DNA from: Escherichia phage vB_EcoM_G2540
Strand: one strand, 5' to 3'
Length of the DNA stretch: 64,000 bases
Sequence record: MK327936.1
Of this stretch, positions 37,988 through 48,851 are shown piece by piece. Numbering within the stretch: the first letter of the stretch is position 1; each line of letters begins with the position of its first letter. A program made the translations under genes and the position numbers. The notes beneath the pieces are model-generated. The model did no database searches, was not told where the DNA came from, and saw only the letters and a program-made list of their open reading frames with translations.

Positions 37988-38074
37988 CGGAGGCGATAGG
38001 ATTTGAACCTATGAGTCGCCGGAGCGACTGCCGGTTTTCAAGACCGGTGCATTAAACCACTCTGCCACGCCTCC
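37988..38074 (-). tRNA. tRNA-Ser (TGA), long variable arm
   Basis: Manual fold: acceptor GGAGGCG/CGCCTCC, anticodon loop CTTGAAA, long variable arm, T-arm ATAGG-TTCAAAT-CCTAT. Confidence 0.8.
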
Positions 38075-38076
38075 AG

Positions 38077-38150
38077 TCTCCATACAAGGATTTGAACCTT
38101 GGACCTCCTGATCCCAAATCAGGCGCTCTACCAAACTGAGCTACACGGAG
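38077..38150 (-). tRNA. tRNA-Pro (TGG)
   Basis: Manual fold: D-arm GCTC-AGTTTGGTA-GAGC, anticodon stem CCTGA/TCAGG loop TTTGGGA, T-arm CAAGG-TTCAAAT-CCTTG. Confidence 0.8.
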
Positions 38151-38162
38151 TAAATTAAATTT

Positions 38163-38234
<72 letters not shown>

Positions 38235-38240
38235 AAACTT

Positions 38241-38327
38241 TGGTACGAGAAGTGGGACTCGAACCCACAAGGAAATCATTCCGCAGCATTTTAAGTGCTG
38301 TGCCTTTACCAATTTGACCATTCTCGC
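38241..38327 (-). tRNA. tRNA-Leu (TAA), long variable arm, CCA encoded
   Basis: Manual fold: acceptor GCGAGAA/TTCTCGT, anticodon stem CAGCA/TGCTG loop CTTAAAA, T-arm GTGGG-TTCGAGT-CCCAC. Confidence 0.8.
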
Positions 38328-38328
38328 G

Positions 38329-38401
38329 CTGGGAATAAAGGACTCGAACCTTTGCATCTAGCAGTCAAAGTGCTATGCCTTACCAACTTGGCTAATTCCC
38401 A
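38329..38401 (-). tRNA. tRNA-Gln (TTG)
   Basis: Manual fold: acceptor TGGGAAT/ATTCCCA, anticodon stem TAGCA/TGCTA loop CTTTGAC, T-arm AAAGG-TTCGAGT-CCTTT. Confidence 0.8.
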
Positions 38402-38487
38402 ATTATTAACAAAGGCTCTCAAACAAGAACCCTTGATGATAGAGGGTATTAATCAGTGCGGTATGAGTTAATAATAACAAATAATTC

Positions 38488-39003
38488 TTAAAGCAAATTA
38501 AACATTTTAACAGTCGGCAAAACAATTTCTTTTTCTATATAAGAGTATTTAACACTCTCAACTACACGCAGAAAATCATAATCATAATATTCAGAAGCAC
38601 TGCCTAAAATATTAATAAGTCCTTCAAACACTTTATTACCATTCACAAAGAATAAGTCAAATACACGTTCTTCATCTTCTTCAGATTTATTACCAAGGTC
38701 AACTTCTATATCAAAGACCTTTTTAATGAATTCTGGATAAAGCTGGTCTGAGAACAGTCCTTCAACCAAGTATTCATAAATAAAAAGCGATTGCTCGCTG
38801 AACAAGCCATTACCACAATAACGTTCAACTTTTGTGCTAGAATGTCTGCTTTTAAACTTCTTTAAAAGATATTGGAATTGTAAGATTTCATGCTCTTCTA
38901 CACCAAACAGTGTTTTAGTTTTATAGTTGTCACCATCATTTTCCCAGGTAGTGACATCAATTACGTAACCCTGCGGAATTGTAGTACCTAAACAAATATT
39001 CAT
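38488..39003 (-). CDS. Hypothetical protein
   Basis: 171-aa ORF upstream of the tRNA cluster. Confidence 0.45.
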   Translation of the reverse strand: MNICLGTTIPQGYVIDVTTWENDGDNYKTKTLFGVEEHEILQFQYLLKKFKSRHSSTKVERYCGNGLFSEQSLFIYEYLVEGLFSDQLYPEFIKKVFDIEVDLGNKSEEDEERVFDLFFVNGNKVFEGLINILGSASEYYDYDFLRVVESVKYSYIEKEIVLPTVKMFNLL

Positions 39004-39293
39004 TTACTCACCATATTAATGTAAGTATATTCAATACATTCAAGACCCAAAGGATTCTTGAAAATATCATATTCAAGAGGACCTTTTTCTGTTTCAATAA
39101 AGAAATCAAAATTTACTGTATTAAATTTACGGTCTTCCTTCAATAATTTAACTTGAGAAGATGAACGGTCAACATAAACCTTTTCAACTTCAAAACATGT
39201 TAAAACGCCATAATCATCAATCAAGGCTTTAGCCGCGTCTTGATCATATTTATATCCATTTTCAATGGACGATACTTTAGCATAAAGAATCAT
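39000..39293 (-). CDS. Hypothetical protein
   Basis: 97-aa ORF; ATGA overlap with downstream gene. Confidence 0.4.
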   Translation of the reverse strand: MILYAKVSSIENGYKYDQDAAKALIDDYGVLTCFEVEKVYVDRSSSQVKLLKEDRKFNTVNFDFFIETEKGPLEYDIFKNPLGLECIEYTYINMVSK

Positions 39294-39296
39294 TAT

Positions 39297-39716
39297 TTAC
39301 CCTTCATCAACAATAGTATGAGTGTGGGCATTTACAATTTGCCACCAATCAAAGCGATTAGAACCATACATTGGGTTGTTCTCATTTTCTTTGATAATGT
39401 CACGGAGTTCATCTTCGGTAGCGGCTTTCGCGATTAAATCAGCATATCCACCGCGAGGATAATAATTATCACCTGCAAAAAGTAAAAAGTTCGGTTTAAT
39501 ATTATTGAACTCTTCAAGAGTAATAACTTTTCCTGTCGGTTGAACAATCTCTACATATTTATATCCTAATTTTTGAGCAGCATCTACTGCTTCAAGCAAA
39601 GTATCATGAGCCCATCCAATTTGACAACCTGGCTTTTCAGATGGATTAGCCTGATAATCCGCGTACACTTTATACATTCTATTCACCTTTAGAAATTTTA
39701 TCCATAACGATAGCAA
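39297..39716 (-). CDS. Hypothetical protein (start may be internal Met at 39674)
   Basis: 139-aa ORF track; N-terminus overlaps the upstream small ORF. Confidence 0.4.
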   Translation of the reverse strand: MLSLWIKFLKVNRMYKVYADYQANPSEKPGCQIGWAHDTLLEAVDAAQKLGYKYVEIVQPTGKVITLEEFNNIKPNFLLFAGDNYYPRGGYADLIAKAATEDELRDIIKENENNPMYGSNRFDWWQIVNAHTHTIVDEG

Positions 39717-39864
39717 TTAAACCAATTAAAAATGCTACTACAAGTGAAAAAACATTTTCTGCTGTAGTTAATAATCCGCATATAAATCCAACAAACATTG
39801 AAAAACTAAAAGCGGAAGCAGAAATTGCAATAGCAACATTTCGAATTAATTCACAGCGTTTCAT
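39679..39864 (-). CDS. Small membrane protein
   Basis: 61 aa; two hydrophobic segments; GAGGAG Shine-Dalgarno after early promoter. Confidence 0.4.
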   Translation of the reverse strand: MKRCELIRNVAIAISASAFSFSMFVGFICGLLTTAENVFSLVVAFLIGLIAIVMDKISKGE

Positions 39865-39892
39865 TTTATTCTCCTCAGTAGTTGATAGGGTA

Positions 39893-39922
39893 ATAGTATC
39901 ACAACTAAAACCCTATGTAAAC
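39893..39922 (-). promoter_or_regulatory. T4-type early promoter
   Basis: TTTTTCACAAAGTTGTTTACA-17-TACTAT. Confidence 0.6.
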
Positions 39923-39940
39923 AACTTTGTGAAAAATTTA

Positions 39941-40225
39941 TTACAAAAGATTTTTTGCAATAATTTTAAGCTGAGCTACTGAAATATGCTTGGCTTTAAA
40001 CAAAGCAGTTTCTTCAGCAGGGGAGATAACGATTGTAGCACCATCTTTCTTAGCGGACCATCCATCACCCAGGTAAACAGTACCTTTGACTTCTTCGCCA
40101 TCAACCAGGCTAATCATCGGTTTACCTTCACGTCCTTTGTTTGCTTTAATAACTTCAGAAGTAAGGGTCGCTTCAGTCAAAGTAGAAGCGTTAGTCGTTG
40201 AAGTGAATTCTTGATAAGTTTTCAT
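39941..40225 (-). CDS. ipI: Internal protein I (IPI-like; capsid-packaged anti-restriction protein)
   Basis: 94 aa; starts MKTYQEF (IP capsid-targeting peptide); own early promoter; T4 ipI position before 57B. Confidence 0.65.
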   Translation of the reverse strand: MKTYQEFTSTTNASTLTEATLTSEVIKANKGREGKPMISLVDGEEVKGTVYLGDGWSAKKDGATIVISPAEETALFKAKHISVAQLKIIAKNLL

Positions 40226-40260
40226 TTTATTTTCCTAAATTAATAAATGTGTTGATGGAG

Positions 40261-40290
40261 ATAATATCACTTCTCCATCGTCGTGTAAAC
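40261..40290 (-). promoter_or_regulatory. T4-type early promoter upstream of ipI
   Basis: TTTCACAAAGTTGTTTACA-17-TATTAT. Confidence 0.6.
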
Positions 40291-40302
40291 AACTTTGTGA
40301 AA

Positions 40303-40999
<697 letters not shown>

Positions 41000-41000
<1 letters not shown>

Positions 41001-41725
41001 TATAGTACCTTTAGTGTATTTTTAATTTTAGAAAAAAGTTCTTCAAGAGAACCATCGTTTGTAATTACTAAATCGCCATCACGAATTGGCAATCCAGCTT
41101 CTGTAATATGAGTATCATTGGATTTTTGACCAGGACGAACTACATGAATTACTGTAGCACCCATCGCCCTAGCCGCATCCATTTCATGATCTTGACGAGT
41201 ATCAGGAACGATATAATAATCATAACCTGAGTTAAATTTATCAAGATAATCTAAAGCAAATAATTTTACCCAGTACATGCGGTCGAAGTTATTAACAATC
41301 AAATCCGTACCTAGGGCTTGCATCAGACGACGGACTGACCATTGATCTTCAATATTATTTATAACGTCAATAATCTTGTTAAATGCTACGGAATTAACTG
41401 ATTCTTGTCCTTCGTCATCAAAAACAAACACACCCTTAATTGGGCTTTTACCGTTAAGATAGCAAAATGCTTGTTCCATAATCGTGATTACTTCTGATTT
41501 AGTCAGATTTAAATTAGTCTCACGATCATAGTCAATTCCTTCAAACTCTTTACGAGTTAAGCAAGGATAGTCAGTGTTTGCTGCAAATACTCCCCATGCA
41601 TAAGCCAATGCATCCTTAATAGGACCAGCAAGTTGGTATTTAACTGCAGAATAATTGCTCATGATAAAATCAGCAGTAGTATCTTTTCCACTACGCTTTA
41701 CACCGCTTAAAAAGATTAGTTTCAT
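41000..41725 (-). CDS. 1: Deoxynucleoside monophosphate kinase gp1
   Basis: 241 aa from MKLIFLSGVKRSGKDTTADF (P-loop); ORF-track N-extension trimmed. Confidence 0.9.
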
Positions 41726-41774
41726 GTGTTTCTCCTCAAATTTAATTAAGATTATAACACACAAAACTGAAGCA

Positions 41775-42305
41775 TTAAACTTCTGCTATAATTTTGCCAT
41801 CTTTTTCTACTTGAAAATACGTATAAGGAATCGTAGCTGTACATACTAAAGCCGGGTCTGAATCTTCCGTATAGCTAAATTCTACTTCAGATAGGTCAGA
41901 AACCCAAGGCTTATAAAAATTTATTGACATCACGATTTCAGTTTTGCTATTATCTAAGATGTAAAGCGTAATGTATTCAGGACCTGTTTTTTGGGCAGTA
42001 TTTTCACCTGTAAGATAGTTGCTAGTTCCTAGCATCCATTCATACATTCCTATCCATGATTTAAGTTCTTCATCAACTATAAATCTCACAATGAGTGGAT
42101 CATACTCGAATGTAACACCTGGACGTTGTGCTCGGCCCAGTCCAAACGGCCCAGTCACGGTATCAGTAACAGGTATTCTAATTCCTGGAATAGGAACTGA
42201 CTGAGCATTTAAAGTAAAAGCAGATGTAGTATTACTATGTGGTATTGATACTACAAAGTTAGTTGTATTTGCTTGGTTAAAAATTTGTTGCAGAGCTTGC
42301 GACAT
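41775..42305 (-). CDS. 3: Tail tube terminator / sheath stabiliser gp3
   Basis: 176 aa from internal Met MSQALQQIF; T4 gene order 1-3-2-4. Confidence 0.75.
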   Translation of the reverse strand: MSQALQQIFNQANTTNFVVSIPHSNTTSAFTLNAQSVPIPGIRIPVTDTVTGPFGLGRAQRPGVTFEYDPLIVRFIVDEELKSWIGMYEWMLGTSNYLTGENTAQKTGPEYITLYILDNSKTEIVMSINFYKPWVSDLSEVEFSYTEDSDPALVCTATIPYTYFQVEKDGKIIAEV

Positions 42306-42411
42306 ATATTCCTCATAATGCTTTATAACTGTTAGTGGTATAATGGGTCTAAGTCCCTTCCATTCAATTCCATTTAGAATAAACAACAGAAAAGAATGGA
42401 AGATAATAGAA

Positions 42412-43236
42412 TTAGATATTTGACCAGACTTTGTTTGCAGAGAAACGTTTTCCTTTTGAAACGAACTGCTGAAGTGGCATCAACACAACGTTCGCCCAGT
42501 CTTTCGGGGCGATTTCAACAAGGCTACCCATAATATTACCAGGTATATATGCCTTAATCATTTGGTCTGCACCCCTAAATCCTTTCACTTGACTCCAATC
42601 AATTTTTAATTTCGTTTTATTAGTAATAGTAGGTGTATTTGCATATTGCTTTAAAAGCTCTTCTAGAAATTGCTGACGAGCTTTAGGTGGAATATAGTGC
42701 AAGTTCAATCCGTACATTAAATTATGCTTACCTAAACCAAGGTAAATTATCAAAGGAAATTTATCCCAGTAAGGAAGAGTTTCCTTGTGTTTAGCATCAT
42801 AAGCAAAAGCATATATTCGTCCCGGTTGCGGGCGAACAACTTTATGTCCTTTTACTTGCTTAATAGTTTCAGCAAACCACTTTCTGGTTTTATTATTAAT
42901 TGCTGCACCTTCATTACGAATTTTATCACGCAATGTTTGTCTGAATGAATTTATCATAAGCAGTTGTCTTTCTTGCTTATTGAGTTTATTCATTGGTTTT
43001 GATTCAAGCTTTTGAATCTTTTCAGCCGTTTTAATTCCTGAAGCATATTTTGACATTGCTGAAGTAAACGTAGAGTATTTGATTCCTCTTTCTTCAGCAA
43101 ATTGCTTTCCTGTCATTCCTTTTGCTTTGGCCTTTTTATATTCAAGACCTATCTGAATCCATTTCTTTTCGTTTAATGATTGCTTAACCTTTGGAACTTG
43201 GGGAGTGCTTTCATTAATTATTTGAAAAATAGCCAT
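42412..43236 (-). CDS. 2: DNA end-protector protein gp2
   Basis: 274 aa; size and position match T4 gp2. Confidence 0.8.
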
Positions 43237-43688
43237 TATGCCCCCTTAAAGCCAAGAGCTCGTAATCCATCTTCTGTTAGAATTCTAAATTTTATTCCAC
43301 GCTTTTCAGCTAAAGATTGTGCTGCTTTCCATTTGTCAGTGTTCACAGACCAGGTATAAATTTCATTCATAAATCTTTTCTTCGCTGCGGTTGTTAGATG
43401 TGCTGGTTTAACTGGTGGTTGTGTTTCTTTTTTAGGTTTTATTTCAATAAAAAATTCTTGCCCAGAAGAATCTTTCATCCAAATATCCATGAAGTATCTA
43501 CGTTTTTTCCCTTCTGCATTACAAAAATAAGGAATTACTGCTGTTTCACTACCCCATGCAATAATTTCTGGATTTTTATCTAACCATTCAAAAAAGAATT
43601 TTTCCCAATTTGATCTATACGTAATTTTTTTAGGGTCACCTCTATACTTTGATATATTTTTAGGAACCCATTTTCCAGAATATGCCAT
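43236..43688 (-). CDS. 4: Head completion protein gp4
   Basis: 150 aa; size and position match T4 gp4; late promoter upstream. Confidence 0.8.
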
Positions 43689-43699
43689 TGGATTCTCCT

Positions 43700-43707
43700 T
43701 ATAAATA
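43700..43707 (+). promoter_or_regulatory. Late promoter (TATAAATA) for gene 53
   Basis: Exact TATAAATA 29 nt before ATG 43736. Confidence 0.6.
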
Positions 43708-43714
43708 GATAATA

Positions 43715-43722
43715 TATTTATA
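43715..43722 (-). promoter_or_regulatory. Late promoter (TATAAATA) for gene 4, divergent from the gene 53 promoter
   Basis: Reverse complement of tatttata, 27 nt upstream of gene 4 ATG 43688. Confidence 0.55.
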
Positions 43723-43735
43723 AACAGGAGGGCCC

Positions 43736-44326
43736 ATGCTCTTTACATTTTTTGATCCGATTGAATATGCGGCCAAAACGGTGAATAAAAACGCGCCGAC
43801 TATTCCTATGACAGATATTTTTAGAAACTATAAAGACTATTTTAAACGCGCTCTTGCGGGATACCGCTTACGTACTTATTATATTAAAGGTTCACCACGC
43901 CCGGAAGAATTAGCAAATGCTATATATGGAAATCCGCAGTTGTATTGGGTTTTATTGATGTGTAATGATAATTATGATCCGTATTATGGATGGATTACTT
44001 CGCAAGAAGCTGCTTATCAAGCATCTATACAAAAATACAAAAATGTAGGTGGAGACCAAATAGTATATCACGTGAATGAGAACGGTGAAAAATTTTATAA
44101 TTTAATATCATACGATGATAATCCATATGTTTGGTATGATAAAGGCGATAAAGCTAGAAAATATCCTCAATATGAAGGAGCGCTTGCTGCGGTCGATACG
44201 TATGAAGCGGCTGTTCTTGAAAATGAAAAACTTCGTCAAATAAAAATAATAGCAAAATCAGACATCAATTCATTTATGAACGACCTTATACGTATAATGG
44301 AGAAATCTTATGGAAATGATAAGTAA
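43736..44326 (+). CDS. 53: Baseplate wedge protein gp53
   Basis: 196 aa; late promoter TATAAATA at 43700; precedes gene 5. Confidence 0.85.
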   Translation: MLFTFFDPIEYAAKTVNKNAPTIPMTDIFRNYKDYFKRALAGYRLRTYYIKGSPRPEELANAIYGNPQLYWVLLMCNDNYDPYYGWITSQEAAYQASIQKYKNVGGDQIVYHVNENGEKFYNLISYDDNPYVWYDKGDKARKYPQYEGALAAVDTYEAAVLENEKLRQIKIIAKSDINSFMNDLIRIMEKSYGNDK

Positions 44327-46037
44327 TAACCTTAATTGGTTTGTTGGTGTTGTTGAAGATAGAATGGACCCATTAAAATTAGGTCGTGTTCGTGTTCGTG
44401 TGGTTGGTCTGCATCCACCTCAAAGAGCACAAGGTGATGTAATGGGTATTCCAACTGAAAAATTACCATGGATGTCAGTTATTCAACCTATAACTTCTGC
44501 AGCAATGTCAGGAATTGGAGGTTCTGTTACTGGACCGGTAGAAGGAACTAGAGTTTATGGTCATTTTTTAGACAAATGGAAAACTAACGGAATTGTCCTT
44601 GGCACGTATGGTGGAATAGTTCGCGAAAAACCGAATAGACTTGAAGGATTTTCTGACCCAACTGGGCAATATCCTAGACGTTTAGGAAATGATACTAACG
44701 TATTAAACCAAGGCGGAGAAGTAGGATATGATTCGTCTTCTAATATTATCCAAGATAGTAATCTAGACACTGCAATAAATCCCGATGATAGACCACTATC
44801 AGAAATTCCAACTGATGATAATCCAAATATGTCAATGGCTGAAATGCTTCGCCGTGATGAAGGATTAAGACTAAAAGTTTATTGGGATACCGAAGGATAT
44901 CCGACAATTGGTATTGGTCATCTTATCATGAAGCAGCCAGTTCGTGATATGGCTCAAATTAATAAAGTTTTATCAAAACAAGTTGGTCGTGAAATTACAG
45001 GAAATCCAGGTTCTATTACAATGGAAGAAGCGACAGCTTTATTTGAGCGTGATTTGGCTGATATGCAACGTGACATTAAATCACATTCTAAAGTAGGACC
45101 AGTCTGGCAAGCTGTCAACCGTTCTCGTCAAATGGCATTAGAAAATATGGCATTTCAAATGGGTGTTGGCGGTGTAGCTAAATTTAACACTATGTTAACT
45201 GCTATGTTAGCAGGAGATTGGGAAAAAGCATATAAAGCCGGTCGTGATTCATTGTGGTATCAACAAACAAAAGGCCGTGCATCCCGTGTTACTATGATTA
45301 TTCTTACGGGGAATTTGGAATCATATGGTGTTGAAGTGAAAACCCCAGCTAGGTCTCTATCAGCAATGGCTGCTACTGTAGCTAAATCTTCTGACCCTGC
45401 TGACCCTCCTATTCCAAATGACTCGAGAATTTTATTCAAAGAACCAGTTTCTTCATATAAAGGTGAATATCCATATGTTCACACAATGGAAACTGAAAGC
45501 GGACATATTCAGGAATTTGATGATACCCCTGGGCAAGAACGATACAGATTAGTTCATCCAACTGGAACTTACGAAGAAGTATCACCGTCAGGAAGAAGAA
45601 CAAGAAAAACTGTTGATAATTTGTATGATATAACCAACGCTGATGGTAATTTTTTGGTAGCCGGTGATAAAAAGACTAACGTCGGTGGATCAGAAATTTA
45701 TTACAACATGGATAATCGTCTTCACCAGATAGATGGAAGCAATACAATATTTGTGCGTGGCGATGAAACTAAGACAGTTGAAGGTAATGGAACTATCTTA
45801 GTCAAAGGTAATGTTACTATTGTAGTTGAAGGTAATGCTGACATTACAGTTAAAGGAGATGCTACCAATTTAGTTGAAGGAAATCAAACTAACACAGTAA
45901 ATGGAAATCTTTCTTGGAAAGTTGCTGGGACAGTTGATTGGGACGTTGGTGGTGATTGGACAGAAAAAATGGCATCTATGAGTTCTATTTCATCTGGTCA
46001 ATACACAATTGATGGATCGAGGATTGACATTGGCTAA
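44310..46037 (+). CDS. 5: Baseplate hub/central spike with tail lysozyme domain gp5
   Basis: 575 aa; MEMISNNLNWFVGVVED N-terminus, lysozyme domain MLRRDEGLRLKVYWDTEGYPTIGIGHL, C-terminal VxGxxxxV beta-helix repeats. Confidence 0.95.
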   Translation: MEMISNNLNWFVGVVEDRMDPLKLGRVRVRVVGLHPPQRAQGDVMGIPTEKLPWMSVIQPITSAAMSGIGGSVTGPVEGTRVYGHFLDKWKTNGIVLGTYGGIVREKPNRLEGFSDPTGQYPRRLGNDTNVLNQGGEVGYDSSSNIIQDSNLDTAINPDDRPLSEIPTDDNPNMSMAEMLRRDEGLRLKVYWDTEGYPTIGIGHLIMKQPVRDMAQINKVLSKQVGREITGNPGSITMEEATALFERDLADMQRDIKSHSKVGPVWQAVNRSRQMALENMAFQMGVGGVAKFNTMLTAMLAGDWEKAYKAGRDSLWYQQTKGRASRVTMIILTGNLESYGVEVKTPARSLSAMAATVAKSSDPADPPIPNDSRILFKEPVSSYKGEYPYVHTMETESGHIQEFDDTPGQERYRLVHPTGTYEEVSPSGRRTRKTVDNLYDITNADGNFLVAGDKKTNVGGSEIYYNMDNRLHQIDGSNTIFVRGDETKTVEGNGTILVKGNVTIVVEGNADITVKGDATNLVEGNQTNTVNGNLSWKVAGTVDWDVGGDWTEKMASMSSISSGQYTIDGSRIDIG

Positions 46038-46071
46038 TATACTTCCAATGAGCGCTGATTTAGGAGAATCC

Positions 46072-46566
46072 ATGGAAGGTTCTTCTATCGACGTCACCTT
46101 TACCGCTCAATTAGAAACAGGTGAAACGTTAGTATCTATAAATATAACTAGTTACGAAGAAACTCCTGGGGTTTTAGTAGAAGAAAATCGCTTATATGGA
46201 ACATATGAATCTGTATTTGGTTTCGGAAATGACGCGTTGAAATATCGTTTAGGCGATGAATTTAAAACTGCTGCTTCATGGGAAGAACTTCCTACTGATT
46301 CTGATACTCAGTTGTATTTGTGGAAAGCTCCTCAAAATCTCCAGAAGACATTCACTTACGAAGTAACATTAATATATGACTACCAAGAACAAAGTGAATC
46401 TGGAGGTTCTGGCAGTAATTCTAGGTCATCTTCTGATACTACTGAACCGACGGATCCTCCTGCTCCAGTAAGAAAAACTCTCGTTAAAAATTATACTAAA
46501 ACTATAGTTGGAAATTGGAGTCGTTGGGCTAATAAACTGAGAAGCTATGTATATGAGAGGCAATAA
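46072..46566 (+). CDS. 5.1: Hypothetical protein (gene 5.1 position), start trimmed to Met with AGGAG
   Basis: ORF track 46009..46566; AGGAGAATCC-ATG at 46072. Confidence 0.5.
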
Positions 46567-46860
46567 ATGTCAGGATTAAGTTATGATAAGTGTGTTACTG
46601 CTGGCCATGAAGCGTGGCCTCCAACAGTTGTGAATGCTACACAAAGTAAAGTATTCACTGGAGGAATTGCTGTTCTCGTAGCAGGCGATCCAATTACAGA
46701 ACATACAGAAATTAAAAAGCCGTATGAAACACATGGCGGAGTGACACAACCTAGAACTTCTAAGGTATATGTCACTGGAAAGAAAGCTGTTCAAATGGCT
46801 GATCCAATATCATGCGGTGATACTGTGGCTCAGGCATCATCTAAAGTATTCATTAAATAG
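46567..46860 (+). CDS. 5.4: PAAR-repeat spike-tip protein gp5.4
   Basis: 97 aa; [26 protein letters not shown]-like fold signature. Confidence 0.85.
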
Positions 46861-46868
46861 GATTTAAA

Positions 46869-48851
46869 ATGGCAAATACCCCTGTAAATTATCAATTAAC
46901 AAGAACAGCAAATGCTATTCCCGAGATATTCGTCGGGGGTACGTTTGCTGAAATAAAACAAAATCTCATTGAATGGCTTAATGGCCAAAATGAATTTTTG
47001 GATTATGATTTTGAAGGCTCAAGATTAAACGTTCTGTGCGACCTTTTGGCTTATAATACGCTGTACATTCAACAGTTTGGTAATGCTGCTGTGTATGAAA
47101 GCTTTATGCGTACTGCTAACTTACGAAGTTCAGTTGTTCAAGCTGCACAAGATAACGGATATTTACCTACTTCAAAATCCGCTGCGCAGACCGAAATTAT
47201 GTTAACATGCACTGACGCATTGAATAGGAATTACATTACAATTCCTCGCGGAACTCGCTTTTTAGCATATGCAAAAGATACTTCTGTTAATCCATATAAC
47301 TTCGTTTCTACCGAAGACGTTATTGCTATTCGTGATAAAAATAACCAATATTTTCCGCGTTTAAAATTGGCCCAGGGACGTATAGTAAGAACTGAAATCA
47401 TTTATGATAAATTAACACCTATTATCATTTATGATAAAAATATTGATAGAAACCAGGTTAAATTATATGTTGATGGAGCGGAATGGATTAACTGGACAAG
47501 AAAGTCAATGGTTCATGCTGGTTCAACATCAACGATTTACTATATGCGTGAAACTATTGATGGAAACACTGAATTCTATTTTGGTGAAGGTGAAATTTCT
47601 GTTAATGCTTCTGAAGGAGCTTTGACCGCTAATTATATCGGAGGTCTTAAACCTACTCAGAACTCTACGATTGTCATTGAGTACATCAGTACTAATGGCG
47701 CTGACGCAAACGGAGCAGTCGGATTTTCATACGCAGATACATTAACAAATATAACTGTCATCAATATTAATGAAAATCCAAACGATGACCCAGATTTTGT
47801 TGGGGCAAATGGTGGCGGTGATCCAGAAGATATTGAGCGTATTCGCGAATTGGGTACTATTAAACGCGAAACCCAGCAACGATGCGTAACTGCGACTGAC
47901 TACGATACATTCGTTTCAGAGAGATTCGGTTCTATTATTCAGGCAGTTCAAACTTTCACTGATTCTACTAAACCTGGGTATGCATTTATTGCTGCTAAAC
48001 CTAAATCAGGTCTGTATTTAACTACTGTACAACGTGAAGATATTAAAAATTATCTCAAAGACTATAATTTAGCTCCTATTACGCCATCAATTATTTCTCC
48101 TAATTATCTTTTTATTAAGACTAATTTAAAAGTCACATATGCTTTAAATAAACTGCAAGAATCCGAGCAGTGGCTTGAAGGTCAAATAATTGATAAAATT
48201 GATCGCTATTATACCGAAGATGTAGAAATTTTTAACTCGTCTTTCGCTAAATCTAAGATGTTAACTTATGTAGATGATGCAGATCATTCTGTCATTGGTT
48301 CATCAGCGACTATTCAAATGGTTCGTGAAGTACAAAACTTCTATAAAACACCTGAAGCAGGTATTAAATACAATAATCAAATAAAAGATCGTTCTATGGA
48401 ATCTAATACGTTTTCATTTAATTCTGGACGAAAGGTTGTAAATCCTGATACTGGTTTAGAAGAAGATGTATTATATGACGTTCGTATAGTATCAACAGAC
48501 CGAGATTCTAAAGGAATTGGTAAAGTTATTATTGGTCCATTTGCTTCTGGCGATGTTACAGAAAATGAAAACATTCAGCCATATACAGGCAATGATTTTA
48601 ATAAATTAGCAAATTCTGATGGACGCGACAAATACTATGTTATCGGTGAAATAAATTATCCGGCTGACATGATTTATTGGAATATCGCTAAAATTAATTT
48701 AACATCTGAAAAATTTGAGGTTCAGACTATTGAATTATATTCTGACCCAACCGATGATGTTATCTTTACTCGCGATGGTTCACTGATTGTATTTGAAAAT
48801 GACTTACGTCCACAATACTTAACTATCGATTTGGAGCCTATATCACAATGA
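46869..48851 (+). CDS. 6: Baseplate wedge protein gp6
   Basis: 660 aa, size and order match T4. Confidence 0.9.
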   Translation: MANTPVNYQLTRTANAIPEIFVGGTFAEIKQNLIEWLNGQNEFLDYDFEGSRLNVLCDLLAYNTLYIQQFGNAAVYESFMRTANLRSSVVQAAQDNGYLPTSKSAAQTEIMLTCTDALNRNYITIPRGTRFLAYAKDTSVNPYNFVSTEDVIAIRDKNNQYFPRLKLAQGRIVRTEIIYDKLTPIIIYDKNIDRNQVKLYVDGAEWINWTRKSMVHAGSTSTIYYMRETIDGNTEFYFGEGEISVNASEGALTANYIGGLKPTQNSTIVIEYISTNGADANGAVGFSYADTLTNITVININENPNDDPDFVGANGGGDPEDIERIRELGTIKRETQQRCVTATDYDTFVSERFGSIIQAVQTFTDSTKPGYAFIAAKPKSGLYLTTVQREDIKNYLKDYNLAPITPSIISPNYLFIKTNLKVTYALNKLQESEQWLEGQIIDKIDRYYTEDVEIFNSSFAKSKMLTYVDDADHSVIGSSATIQMVREVQNFYKTPEAGIKYNNQIKDRSMESNTFSFNSGRKVVNPDTGLEEDVLYDVRIVSTDRDSKGIGKVIIGPFASGDVTENENIQPYTGNDFNKLANSDGRDKYYVIGEINYPADMIYWNIAKINLTSEKFEVQTIELYSDPTDDVIFTRDGSLIVFENDLRPQYLTIDLEPISQ

